Shown: in pieces, positions 1 through 10,891 of the stretch
Position numbering within the stretch: the stretch's first letter is position 1
Layout of the letters: each line of letters begins with the position of its first letter
Source of the DNA: Nitrospirota bacterium
GTDB lineage: Bacteria; Nitrospirota; Nitrospiria; Nitrospirales; NS-4
NCBI GenBank assembly: GCA_963788195.1
Contig: CAWBGA010000002.1
Coordinates: 288,001-352,000, forward strand
Length of the DNA: 64,000 nucleotides
Direction: 5' to 3'
Program-made: the position numbers and the translations under genes
The notes under the pieces: model-generated
Database searches by the model: none
What the model was told of the DNA's origin: nothing
What the model saw: only the letters and a program-made list of their open reading frames with translations

Positions 1-439
1 CCGAGTGGACGAGGTCGCGGTGATGACCTACCGGACCGACGCGACTGAGCTTCAAGCAATTGCGGAGGACAATCTGCGGTATGGAGACCTCGCAGGCGTG
101 CCGATCTGGTTGGCTATCGAAACACGGCCTCTTCCTATTGAACGGCACGTCGTGCTGAAGCGAACACCAAGACGCGATCTCGGCGATGCCTATTTGGATC
201 GCCCGAACCGGCACGTGATCTTCCGGACGCCGCCTGTGGAGAGCGATAGTTCCGACTGGTTCCGTGTGCATCACCGGGTGACGGTCTCACCCGAAAGACT
301 CAGCTTCGCGGGCCAAAGCCAAACAGCCGTACTTAAGTTCTGGGATGAGGCGCTCAAAGCGATGCCTCATGCCAGCCTGGCTGGAGTGCTGATTCATGAT
401 CTCGAAGGGTTCCAGGCGCTGGCCGAGGGCAAACCATGA
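1..439 (+). CDS. Hypothetical protein, C-terminal part (5' end outside window)
   Basis: Frame is open from the window edge; its stop overlaps the next ATG (ATGA at 436-439), indicating translational coupling. Confidence 0.6.
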   Translation, partial: RVDEVAVMTYRTDATELQAIAEDNLRYGDLAGVPIWLAIETRPLPIERHVVLKRTPRRDLGDAYLDRPNRHVIFRTPPVESDSSDWFRVHHRVTVSPERLSFAGQSQTAVLKFWDEALKAMPHASLAGVLIHDLEGFQALAEGKP

Positions 440-1761
440 TCGGTCAATCGCGGGGGGCCTTACCAATTGTACTGATCGTGTGCCTTGTCGGTTGGGTCGG
501 AGTGGCGACGGCAAGTGCAGCCTCCGCCAAAGCCCCGCCCCAGGACACAAACACCGTGGCTCGGGCGCGCGCATTCGAAGCTGCCAAGCAATATGACGAG
601 GCAATCGCCGCGTACCGAGCGTACCTGACGAAGCGATCAGACGATGATGAGGCACGGGGAGCCTTAGCCCGTCTTCTCTCGTCGCGCGGACGTTATGACG
701 AGGCCGTGATTCTCTATCAGGACATTCTCACGCGTCATCCGGTTGATCTGGACGTTCGGCTGGCATTGGGTCGAGTCAGATCATGGCAGAAGCGTTGGGA
801 AGAATCGCGCACCCTGTATCAAGATATTCTAAAGGAGGCGCCGAATAACAAAGAGGCCGAGCGTGGTCTCGCAGATGTCTCCTATTGGAGCGGCGATTAT
901 TCGCGGGCCTTGGCGCAGTATCAGCGGCTGTACGCTGAGACGAAAGATCCGGAACTTGAGAAGAGAATTGCGAACGTCAAGGCAGAGCTGGCCCAATCAG
1001 TAGTAGTTGAGAGCCCACGCGCGCCGGTGAATCCCCCGACCCGGACGCTCGCCTTACCCTATCGCGACTATCTGAAAATCGGCTACAGTCACTTTACCTA
1101 TAGCGGCCAGATCGCCGACGAGCGGGACTGGCTACTGGAAGCTGCCAAGCCTCTTGGCGCGCAAACGGTGGTCGCCCGTGTTGAGGCGCTCAACCGCTTC
1201 GGGCTTCACGATACGCCGGTATCTGGGGAAGTCTATAGCCCCTTATGGTCCAAGGCCTGGGGGTATGTCGGGGCTTCCGGCGCCGTAAACCCGCATTTCT
1301 CACCGAACTGGACGGTCGGCACGGAAGTGTTCCAGGGCCTTGGCCTCATACACTCCCTCTTGTCCCGCTTCGAAGCGTCCATGGGTTATCGGCATCTGAG
1401 TTTCTCGTCCGAAGACATTGATCTCCTGATTCCAGGGCTGACGATTTATCTGCCCCATAATCTCTGGCTCACTGAAAAGGTGTATTACGTTCCGGATACC
1501 GGGGCTATTACGCTGTCTTCACAACTCACGTGGCGTGCTAGGGATCGACTGCAACTGTTTGTGGCGGGATCCTTCGGCACTTCGGGCGAGCGGATCCTGT
1601 CTGTCCAGGATTTTACGCGCGTCACCACGCGGATTGTTCAAGGCGGCATCATGTTCCCGGTTGCCTCGCGGATCTCCGCCGATGCCTCACTGTATTACGA
1701 AGATCGCGAAACGCTGTTCGTCCGCCGTGGCGGAGGCGTCAATCTGATATATCACTGGTAG
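436..1761 (+). CDS. TPR-repeat plus YaiO-family outer-membrane beta-barrel protein (polysaccharide export)
   Basis: Signal peptide, several TPR helices, C-terminal aromatic beta-strands ending in YHW. Confidence 0.8.
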   Translation: MIGQSRGALPIVLIVCLVGWVGVATASAASAKAPPQDTNTVARARAFEAAKQYDEAIAAYRAYLTKRSDDDEARGALARLLSSRGRYDEAVILYQDILTRHPVDLDVRLALGRVRSWQKRWEESRTLYQDILKEAPNNKEAERGLADVSYWSGDYSRALAQYQRLYAETKDPELEKRIANVKAELAQSVVVESPRAPVNPPTRTLALPYRDYLKIGYSHFTYSGQIADERDWLLEAAKPLGAQTVVARVEALNRFGLHDTPVSGEVYSPLWSKAWGYVGASGAVNPHFSPNWTVGTEVFQGLGLIHSLLSRFEASMGYRHLSFSSEDIDLLIPGLTIYLPHNLWLTEKVYYVPDTGAITLSSQLTWRARDRLQLFVAGSFGTSGERILSVQDFTRVTTRIVQGGIMFPVASRISADASLYYEDRETLFVRRGGGVNLIYHW

Positions 1762-1775
1762 CGCGAGGCCCGCTA

Positions 1776-3702
1776 ATGAGCGTATTTTCGAACAAGCGAT
1801 ATCGTGCCCGCATCCTACTTATGCTCGCGCTTATCTTGCTCGGATGGTTCCTGGGCCCCGGCGTCCTCAGCCGCTACAACACTGCGCAAGGGCGGCCGTA
1901 TCTGTTTCCAGGGGTGCAAGGTCCCGAAGGAAGTTTCTGTCGTCACGACACTTCATCCGACACTCCTGGAGCCCTATGGGACACCTTCCAAAAGCCGCTT
2001 GGCGGTGCTTGTTACGGATCCCGCGTCGAACTGGCTTGGCCTGGTGCATGGCTTTAAGTCCATCGGTCTGCCGTTTGTCATCACGCAGGATTACAAACAG
2101 GCGCTTGAACATGGAATGGTACTCGTCTATCCAGAAATCTCAGGAAGCCTCCTAAGCGAACATGCCCTCAAGGCCTTAGCCGAGTTTCCCGCAAAGGGTG
2201 GCATCCTCATCGGCATTAATGTGCTGGGTGCGGGCATGCAAGAGGTGTTCGGCTTCAAGGAAGCCCTTCCCTCGAGGAATCATTTTGAAGTCAGCTTCAA
2301 CTCGAAAGACCCGTTGCTCTCGTCTTTCAGCCATCCAAGAGAGATCACGATTCGTGTGGGGAATCCGCTTAAGGGCCCGGAGAATATGGGCACCTATAGT
2401 TACACGCAGACCCGCCAACCGCCGCTTGCGACCTATGAGGACGGCACGGTGGCAATCACCCAGAAGTTCTATGGCCGGGGCCGCGCCTATGCAGTCGGAG
2501 TCGACCTCGGCTTTCTACTGCTGCGGGGGTACAACAACCGCGCGGAGGAGTTTGCGAGGAGCTACGTCAATCAGTTTGAACCCAGCCTCGATGTGTTGCT
2601 GGGTCTGATCAAAGCAATATACCAGGCGGGAGAACCGGGTGCAGTGACCATTGGGACAGTCCCGTTCGGGAAATCCCTCTCCGTGTTGCTCACTCATGAC
2701 ATTGATTACACGAAATCAATGGAAAATGCGATTTCCTACGCGGAATACGAAAAAAGCCAGGGCATCAGGGGCACCTATTTCATTCAGACCAAGTACGTTC
2801 GTGATTACAATGATGACGTGTTTTTCAATGAGCATGGCGTCGGGCTTTTGAAACAGTTGGCCAGCCTGGGCATGGACCTCGGCAGCCACACGGTGGCGCA
2901 TTCAAAAGAGCTAAAAAATTTTCCACTGGGGTCAGGCGCAGAACAGTACCCATCCTACAGCCCTTTTGTAAAGAATCGGACCACCGCCTTGAACGGGACG
3001 ATTCTGGGGGAATTGCGGATCAGCAAGTTTCTCATTGAAACGTTTTCAGGCCAGCGCGTTCTCTCGTTCCGGCCAGGCGAGCTGTCGAATCCTTTCGCCT
3101 TGCCGCAAGCGTTGCAAGCCAGCGGCTATCTGTTTAGCTCGTCGGTAACGGCGAACAGCTCCCTCACCCATTTACCGTTTCAGCTGAACTACGGACGAGG
3201 GACGGACACAGAACTGAATGTCTATGAGTTTCCCGTTACGATCGAGGATGAGGAGTTCCCGCAAATGGGAGAGCAGCTTCCACAGGCGCTGGAGCTTGCT
3301 CAACGGATTCGTCGCCATGGCGGATGCTTTGTGGTGCTGATTCACCCCAACGTCCTCGATCATAAGCTGGAGTTTGAGAAGAGGTTCGTCGCCGCCGTGA
3401 AAAGCTTTGCGTGGTTTGGATCTCTTACAGAGTTCGGTCAGTGGTGGTCCGCTAGAAACACGGTAACGATTGATGTCTACTCCCACGGGGAGAAACATAC
3501 CGTGGTGGTGGCGGCGCCACGAAAGATAACGGGATTGACCTTGGAGGTTCCGGAGGGGTGGCTATTGCGAGAGATTGAGCCCAAGGCAGTGACAGGTGAG
3601 CAGTCTGGCCGTTCTGTGATGATCGCGGAAGCAGTGGGTGAGTCCAAACTGTTCTTCGAGACCGGAACATCCGGTACTCTTGTTTCTCATGCCTCAAATT
3701 GA
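1776..3702 (+). CDS. Polysaccharide deacetylase (NodB/CE4-like) family protein; one frameshift near the 5' end
   Basis: N-terminal TM/signal in ORF 1776..2057 continues in ORF 1804..3702; motifs THDID, SHTVAH, FRPG, LIHP. Confidence 0.75.
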
Positions 3703-3729
3703 GGAGAGACTGAACGTGCGCAAATAACT

Positions 3730-3757
3730 TTGACATTCTTTTGCCCTAGTTTATAAT
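3730..3757 (+). promoter_or_regulatory. Sigma70-type promoter TTGACA-N16-TATAAT
   Basis: Perfect consensus hexamers in an AT-rich intergenic region upstream of the gene at 3916. Confidence 0.7.
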
Positions 3758-3915
3758 ACCTATGGTATTGTACGACATACTTAGGTAGCATAAATACATT
3801 CGGGTCACCTCGCCTGAATCTCTCGTAAGACCGCCCGATTCCGGGTGTGAAGGACTGAGCCAATCGTTGTAGGGACTAAAAAACTTCACTATGCGTTCGC
3901 GCGGACTTAGGGGTA

Positions 3916-6303
3916 ATGAAATATATGGATCGTAAGGGAAGTCGCGGCAAACAAGCCGGCAGCGTAGCGTCGTCCCGACAGGCGAGCGCCGCAGCCGCTG
4001 ATCTGAATGCCCCGGCCGTTAAGACACAACTTTGGCGGCAGTTGGAAGGGAATATCCTGGAACGTGTCACCGTACTCGAAAACGCCGCGGCGTCCTTGTC
4101 GAAACAGGGACTCGATCGGGATCGGCGACGACAAGCCGAACATGAAGCGCGCAAGCTCGCCGGCTCACTCGGCATTTTTGGATATCCCATTGCCAAGGAA
4201 TGGGCGCGCGAGATCGAGCGTCTCCTGGAAGGCGATAGCGCTCTTCAACCAGCGCAGGCACTTCGAGTCAGAGAATTGGTGGCCACCTTGCGGCAGCATC
4301 TGGAAAGACCTCCGGCCGAAAGCCCGTCTGCGAATGCCGAGCTACTGCTGCGGCGCATGTTGATAATCAGCGATGATACCGACCTTGCGGAACGTGTGGG
4401 AACAGATGTTGAGGCAAAGGGATTGCAAATTGAACGCACGACCATCTCCGGCCTCAAGACCAACCTCGGCGTACGGCCGGAAATTATCCTGTTGGACGTC
4501 GCCGCTTCCGGCAGCCCCGTAGACGCTCGCACACGCGTCGCCGCCCAGTGGCCGGAAGTGCCGGTCGTGGTGTTGGCCGCTCAGGGTTCTGCTGTCGCTC
4601 GGATCGAAGGGATGAGTGGGAGCGGCCAAGCCTTCATTCGCAAACCAGCAGCGCCAAGTAAAATCCTCGAAGTTGTGAATCAGGTCCTGCGAACGCTCGA
4701 GGCCGAGAAGCCCAAGATCCTCGCTGTGGATGACGATCCTCTCATTCTCACGGCGCTCCAGACGCTACTCCCGTCATACGAATTTGCGCTTGTGACGCAT
4801 GCGGATCCGCTCACCCTTCTGAATGCCCTGGCGAAGACGACCCCCGACCTGTTGATCTTAGATATCGATATCCCGAATTTGAACGGCATTGAGTTCTGCC
4901 GCATGATACGGAACGATGCTCGATGGTGCACATTGCCGGTGCTCTTTCTCACTGCCCAGACCGATCCTCAAATCGCTCATAAAGTTTTTGGCGTCCGGGC
5001 GGAGGACTATGTCTTGAAACCCTTCGTCGACGCCGAACTCCTCGCGCGCATTCGCGTCCGCCTGGATCGAGCCTCTGCCTTGAATCAAATTACCGATGAT
5101 CTGCACAGGATCACCATCTCTCGCGATGATCTCGTTGCGGAGGTCAAGAGGCGGAAGGAAGTTGAAGAAGAACTCAAGCGATCCAATGACGGTATTAAGA
5201 TTCTGAATAAAGAGCTTCAGAATACCAATGCCAAATTGAGGGAGTTCGATCAACGCAAGGATGACTTTGTCAATAACGTCTCTCATGAGATCCGCACACC
5301 GTTGACAATCATTCGGGAAAGTATTGCTCAAGTGGCCGATGGCCTTTTTGGCGAAGTGCCGGCCAGACAGAAAGAATATCTCGACAAATCGTTGCTCTCG
5401 GTGGATCGCCTGGGGAACATTATTAATGATCTCCTGGCTGTTGCGAAGATCGAAAATCTCAAGCTGCAAGTTGTGAAAACCAAGGTCCGTATGTCAAGCC
5501 TTGTCGAAGACGTGATGTCGAACTATGAGGCTAAAGCACAAGCCAAGGGTCTAGGGTTGAGGTGTGAATTGCCGCAGACAGACTTGCACGCTTCGATTGA
5601 CCAAGAAAAGGTCCTCCAGGTGTTTGGAAACCTCATTAGTAATGCCATAAAGTTTACCGAGGAGGGCCATATCACGATTTCAATTGCTGAGAAAGGCGAG
5701 TTTATCGACTGTAGTATTTCGGATACGGGGAAAGGGATAGCGCAAGAAGATATCCCAAAATTATTTAATAAATTTGAGCAAATAGGTCAGTCCGATGGGA
5801 AGGGAACCGGCCTGGGTTTGACGATCTCCAAAGGGATTGTTGAGCTTCATGGAGGAAATATTTACGTGATCAGCCAAGAGGGTAAGGGATCAACCTTTAC
5901 GTTTACCTTGCCGAAATACTCGTTCAACGAGAATTTGATACAAAGTTCAAAAAAGTTATTGGTTGCAGCGATCCAGAGGTTTCATCACTTTACGATTGTG
6001 AAATTGATTATTGATACCCCGGACCACAAACTGACATCCAACGTAGCTCTCCTGAATCATCTAATCCGGGCCTGCTTGTATCGACGGGTTGATGAAGTCG
6101 TCCAAGTAGGTAGCACGGTGTATATCGTATTGCCCGACACAAAGAAGGCGGACGGTCATGTGGTCATTGAGCGCATCAGGAAGGAACTGAAACAACATAA
6201 TAGTCAGGTTCATCTAGGGGTGCAAATGTTGAGTTATCCGGATGACGGCAGGACAGAGGACGAACTGACGGCAAAATTTGAAGGAGAGAAGGTGGGAGCC
6301 TGA
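3916..6303 (+). CDS. Hybrid signalling protein: degenerate Hpt - REC - REC - HisKA/HATPase - degenerate GGDEF-like tail
   Basis: KLAGSLG Hpt-like motif, ILAVDDD...LILD receiver, H-box SHEIRTPL, N-box NLISNAIKF, G-boxes DTGKG and GTGLGL. Confidence 0.85.
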   Translation: MKYMDRKGSRGKQAGSVASSRQASAAAADLNAPAVKTQLWRQLEGNILERVTVLENAAASLSKQGLDRDRRRQAEHEARKLAGSLGIFGYPIAKEWAREIERLLEGDSALQPAQALRVRELVATLRQHLERPPAESPSANAELLLRRMLIISDDTDLAERVGTDVEAKGLQIERTTISGLKTNLGVRPEIILLDVAASGSPVDARTRVAAQWPEVPVVVLAAQGSAVARIEGMSGSGQAFIRKPAAPSKILEVVNQVLRTLEAEKPKILAVDDDPLILTALQTLLPSYEFALVTHADPLTLLNALAKTTPDLLILDIDIPNLNGIEFCRMIRNDARWCTLPVLFLTAQTDPQIAHKVFGVRAEDYVLKPFVDAELLARIRVRLDRASALNQITDDLHRITISRDDLVAEVKRRKEVEEELKRSNDGIKILNKELQNTNAKLREFDQRKDDFVNNVSHEIRTPLTIIRESIAQVADGLFGEVPARQKEYLDKSLLSVDRLGNIINDLLAVAKIENLKLQVVKTKVRMSSLVEDVMSNYEAKAQAKGLGLRCELPQTDLHASIDQEKVLQVFGNLISNAIKFTEEGHITISIAEKGEFIDCSISDTGKGIAQEDIPKLFNKFEQIGQSDGKGTGLGLTISKGIVELHGGNIYVISQEGKGSTFTFTLPKYSFNENLIQSSKKLLVAAIQRFHHFTIVKLIIDTPDHKLTSNVALLNHLIRACLYRRVDEVVQVGSTVYIVLPDTKKADGHVVIERIRKELKQHNSQVHLGVQMLSYPDDGRTEDELTAKFEGEKVGA

Positions 6304-6716
6304 TGAAAACAATATTAGTGGTCGATGACAAGGCGGATATCGTCGAGTTGGTAAAAAACCGGTTGGAAGCCAACAATTACAAGGTTCTATCTGCATGTGA
6401 TGGCAAGCAAGGCATACAGCAGGCTCAACAACACAAACCCGATTTAATCGTGATGGATATCATGATGCCCAATGTCTCAGGTGGAGAAGCGGTGAAGGCC
6501 TTAAAATCCGATATGACCACAAAGGATATACCCGTGATTTTTTTAACTGCGGCTGCGTCTAGTGTGCCGCAAGGTAAAGAGCCGGGGCGCGTTTACGTCG
6601 ACGGTCAATTTTACCCGGCTCTGGGCAAGCCATTTAAACCAGAACAATTATTATCTGAAATTAACAAGTTGATAGGGGCCGAGGCCCTCACTAATAAACC
6701 ACCTTCCTTGAAGTAG
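6303..6716 (+). CDS. Single-domain response regulator
   Basis: ILVVDD, MDIMMP, FLTA and KPF receiver motifs. Confidence 0.9.
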   Translation: MKTILVVDDKADIVELVKNRLEANNYKVLSACDGKQGIQQAQQHKPDLIVMDIMMPNVSGGEAVKALKSDMTTKDIPVIFLTAAASSVPQGKEPGRVYVDGQFYPALGKPFKPEQLLSEINKLIGAEALTNKPPSLK

Positions 6717-6866
6717 GGCAACCGGCGCGCTTGAGCCGATTCTCGCCCTTGAACGAGGCGCCCAAGCGGACCCAGTTTGTCGGAAGTCTCGGGAGGCGAG
6801 TCGGTCCTGGAGATGAGCAGGGTGCCGAGCGTCCTGCAAATCTAAACCCGTTCGATTCGAGGTGGA

Positions 6867-7350
6867 ATGTTGACCGACCTGCTCAAAAGCCTCTCCGTAC
6901 AGTTGTTGCTCTTCAGCCTAGATGGTTTTCACTACGCCGTCCGTCTTCTCATGGTGGAGCGTGTCATACCCATGGTGGAAGTCTCACCGCTTCCCAATGC
7001 GCCCCCGATTGCCCTTGGCGTAATTAATTATCACGGGAAAATTGTTGCGGTCGTGGACATCCGGCGCCGTCTCAACGGCCCGTCGCGCGAATATGGGTTA
7101 GCAGACAAGCTCGTCGTAGCCCGGACAGCCCGCCGGATACTGCTCTTTCCAGTGGACGAAGTCCTTGGAGTGCGGAGAAGTAGCCGCCGACTCTGTGGCT
7201 CAACCGAATACCATCCTGCCCGGTATAGGCCATCTAGAGGGGATCGTGTCGCTTCCAGACAGCGTTCTGTTTATCCATGACCTCGAAGCGTTTCTCTCGC
7301 TGGATGAGGAGCAGCAGTTGAGCGAAGCGCTTGCGGAGGTGACGACGTGA
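6867..7350 (+). CDS. cheW: CheW adaptor (WspB-like); frameshift near 7170
   Basis: PLPNAPP..GVINYHGKIVAVVD motif; C-terminus lies in ORF 7165..7350. Confidence 0.85.
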
Positions 7351-8723
7351 AGCTGTCAGATGAGGTCTTCCTGCAGGCGCGAAGTCTCATTGCGACCCGG
7401 CTCGGCCTGGACTTCCCGGAGTCTCGCAAAGCTGACCTGGAACGAGCGCTGGTCCAGGTCATTCAAAATCCGTTAGTCGGGACACTCGACAGCTATCTTG
7501 CCTGGCTCGTCACGGTCTCAGATGAAAATCCGGAATGGCAGCGGCTCGCCAGTCACCTCACGGTGGGAGAGACCTATTTTTTTAGGGATCGTTCCTGTTT
7601 TGAGGCGTTAGAGCAGCACGTTCTTGTTCCGTTGATCGCGTCGCGACGAGCCGAAGGGAACCTGAGGCTTCGACTTTGGAGCGCCGCCTGCGCCAGCGGA
7701 GAGGAACCCTACTCCCTGGCCATCCTGCTGACGCGTCTTCTTCCCGATCGTGCCGATTGGAATGTGACAATTCTGGGCACGGACGTGAATCCCGAAGCGT
7801 TGAAAGCTGCCCGCGAAGGAATTTACCGGCCAGTGGTCCTTTCGGGAGTCCATATCGGTCGGCGAACAGTATTTCCGACGGCATGGCGCGGACAGCTTCG
7901 AAGTTGATGCGGGGATTAAAGCCATGGTGACGTTCGCACCGTTGAATCTGGCCGAGAATGAAAATCCGGACGGGATCACGAATACCGGAGCCATGGACGT
8001 GATTCTTTGCCGTAATGTCTTGATGTACTTCACTCCGGAAGCGCAGCGGGCAACTGTCATTCGCCTGCAGCGGGCGCTGGTTTCCGGAGGATGGCTCGTG
8101 GTGAGTCCGGCCGAAGCCTCTGAAGAGCTTCTTTGCCCGCTTGTCTGCCATAGCTTCAGGGGAGCGATCCTGCATCGGAAGGAGGAACAGTCATCGATCA
8201 GCCGGCAGCAATCTAAGGTCAGGGATGTCTCAATTCGCCCCGACCCCCCCGAGTCCCGAAGTGGTCGTGGAGACACCGCCTCTTACTGTCCGAGCAGCGC
8301 GAGGTAGACAGTCAGAATCAGGCTACCGCTAAGCCGCTTCTAGACCGGGCCAGATCCTTGGCGGACAAGGGAGAGTTGGATGAGGCACAGCAACAGTGCC
8401 AGGCGGCGATTGCTGCAGACCGGCTCGATGGTGAGGCTCATCTTCTCTTAGCTGAAGTCTATCAGGAGCAAGGAGAAACCGAACGCGCTCTCGAGTCGCT
8501 CCGCCGCGCTCTCTATCTTATTGCTGATTCCGCGCCGGGCCACTTTCTTTGCGGCAGCCTGCTGATCCGGCAAGGCAAGCGAAGTCGAGGACTGCGACAT
8601 ATGCAAACCGTCGTGAATCTCTTAAGTCCGGTCCTGCCGGAACAACCGGTAGCGGGCAGCGCTGGGGTGACGGCCGGCCAGTTGCTGAAGATGGCTGAGA
8701 TGTTCTTGGCAGCGAAAAGCTGA
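7347..8723 (+). CDS. cheR: CheR methyltransferase with C-terminal TPR (WspC-like); several frameshifts
   Basis: TVGETYFFRD, WSAACASGEEPYS, DVILCRNVLMYF; TPR fragment in ORF 8358..8723. Confidence 0.85.
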
Positions 8724-8729
8724 GATCGA

Positions 8730-9333
8730 ATGCCTACGAGCTTAAATTGGAAAGAGATCCATGCCCGGCTGGAACGCACCAGCCGCGCGATAAAAGAGGG
8801 CGAGGTAGTCTTGCCGGACGCTGCCAAGCGGATATTGCGAGACAGGGCGAAGGTCCTTGCGCGCCCTCTTGCTGCAAGCGGAAGCGGCCTCCGAGATGCT
8901 GGACCTGCTGGTCTTTTCTCTTGCCGACGCCCGATATGCAGTTGAAACGGGCGGCGTGGCCGATGTGACGCCTCTCCGAGAGCTCACACCTGTGCCGTGC
9001 ACGCCGCCATTCGTCCGGGGTGTCGTCAACCACCGAGGTCGAATTCTTGCGGTATTGGACTTGGGAAAGTTTTTTGAGCTCCCGGGACAAGTGATCAGGC
9101 CAGACAGCTTTATTATAGCGGTGGAAGCCGGGGGTCTGTCATTTGGGATCCTGGCCGACATGGTGGTCGGAACAGTGCAGTGCGCTGAGTCTGATTTATC
9201 GCCTCCACCGACGGGACTGCCGGCTGCCCGGCGAATCTTTGTGAAAGGCGTGACTGCAGAGATGGTTGCAGTCTTGGACCTCGAGGCGCTGGCACAGGAT
9301 CCACGTATGATCGTGAACGAAGGAATCGGCTGA
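8730..9333 (+). CDS. cheW: CheW adaptor (WspD-like); frameshift near 8870
   Basis: IL..RA..LA N-terminal extension; TPVPCTPPFVRGVVNHRGRILAVLD. Confidence 0.85.
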
Positions 9334-9391
9334 GGACGAAGGAAGAATTGCCGATGCAGTGGTGGGTGCAGGCCATCAGAGAGGAAAGCCC

Positions 9392-10862
9392 ATGAGTAAA
9401 CCCATGAGTTGGACGGTGGGGCAACGGATCGTTCTCGGATATGCGTTGATTCTTTTGCTGCTTCTTGTGGTGGCGGGGGTCGGGAGCTACCAGTTGCCTC
9501 GCACCAGCAAGACGTTCGAGACCTCGATCCATGCGCAGGGACAGGACCTGATCGCGCCGTTGGAAGCGAAGAGCACGATCGCTTTCGCGAATCTCAATGT
9601 GCTCCGCTACGTGGTGACAAAAGACAGCGTTTTTGTGAAACAGTGGGAGATTGACATCCTCCATGCCGACAGGCCTTGGGGGAGCTGCAAAACGCCAGTT
9701 CATCTGCCGACCTGAAAATCGGATGGGGAGAGGCACTTCGTCTGCTGCAGAGTTGGGAGGAAACCGCCAGGTTGACGCTTTCGGCCGCGGCGTCGGGCCG
9801 CGAGCAGGAGACAGTTCGTCTGTTGAAGGAACGCATGCTCCCTCTGCAGATGCAGTTGTTTGCCAAGCTCAGCGAGCTGATCGACCTAGGACAAGCGCGG
9901 ACGAAAAAGGTGACTCAGGCAGCGGTGACGGAATCCTACGCGCGCCATGTGGATCATGCTTGTCACCGCGGTGCTCGCGATCGGTTCAGGGATTGTTAAT
10001 TGCCTGGGGATTGACGCGCTCGGTTACGAAATCTCTCCGCGACACCATCTTCACCCTGGCCTCCTCGTCCTCGCAGATTCAGGCGGCAACCGCCCAGCAA
10101 GCCGCGGGGGTCCTTGAAGAAGCGACGGCGGTGCAGGAGACGACGACCACCGTGGAGGAAGTAAAGCAGACCGCCCAGCTCGCGGCGCAGAAAGTGCGGG
10201 ACGTCGCCGAGGCGGCGAAGAAGACGGCGGAGATCTCTCTGGATGGCCGGCGGGCCGTGGAGGAAAGCATTAAAGGGACGCAGGAAGCGAGGACCAGAAT
10301 GGAGGCCCTGGCGGGCCGGATCGTAGCCCTGAGTGAGCAAGGGCAGGCGATCGGCGAGATTATCGCCACAGTGAACGACTTGGCGGAGCAGTCTAATCTC
10401 CTCGCAGTCAACGCGGCGATCGAGGCGGCGAAGGCGGGAGAGGTCGGGAAAGGGTTTGCGGTGGTTGCCGCCGAAGTTAAAAGCCTCGCGGAGCGCTCGA
10501 AGCAGGCTACCGGGCAGGTGCGCAGCATTCTAAACGAGGTCCAGCGAGCGACGCAGGCGGCGGTGATGGCAGCCGACCAAGGCGTGAAAGCATGGGAAAC
10601 GGGTGAAAGTGTGGCGAGGCGCGCCGGGGAGGCGATTCGCGTCCTGGCCGACGCCCAGATCGAATCGGCTCAGGCGGCCCAACAGACCCAGGTGGTTGCA
10701 CATCAGCAGGCCGTCGGCATGGATCAAATTGCGGCGGCAATGGCTAACATCCAGCAGGCTTCCAGCCAAAACATGGCGTCCACGCGGCAAGTGGATGACG
10801 CCGCCCGGGACCTCAATGAGCTGGCCGGACGTCTTTCAGTCCTGGTCGGAGGCACTCGCTAG
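9392..10862 (+). CDS. Methyl-accepting chemotaxis protein (WspA-like); frameshifted
   Basis: TM1, periplasmic helical domain, TM2; signalling hairpin [30 protein letters not shown]. Confidence 0.9.
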
Positions 10863-10891
10863 AGCTTGACCGCAACGCGTAGAGGATTTGC

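Noticed and set aside
6717..6866. Possible c-di-GMP riboswitch upstream of cheW (GGGCAAC..., CTAAAC)
   Set aside because: Lacks the GAAA tetraloop and GACGCAAAG core in the right order; more likely a junction remnant
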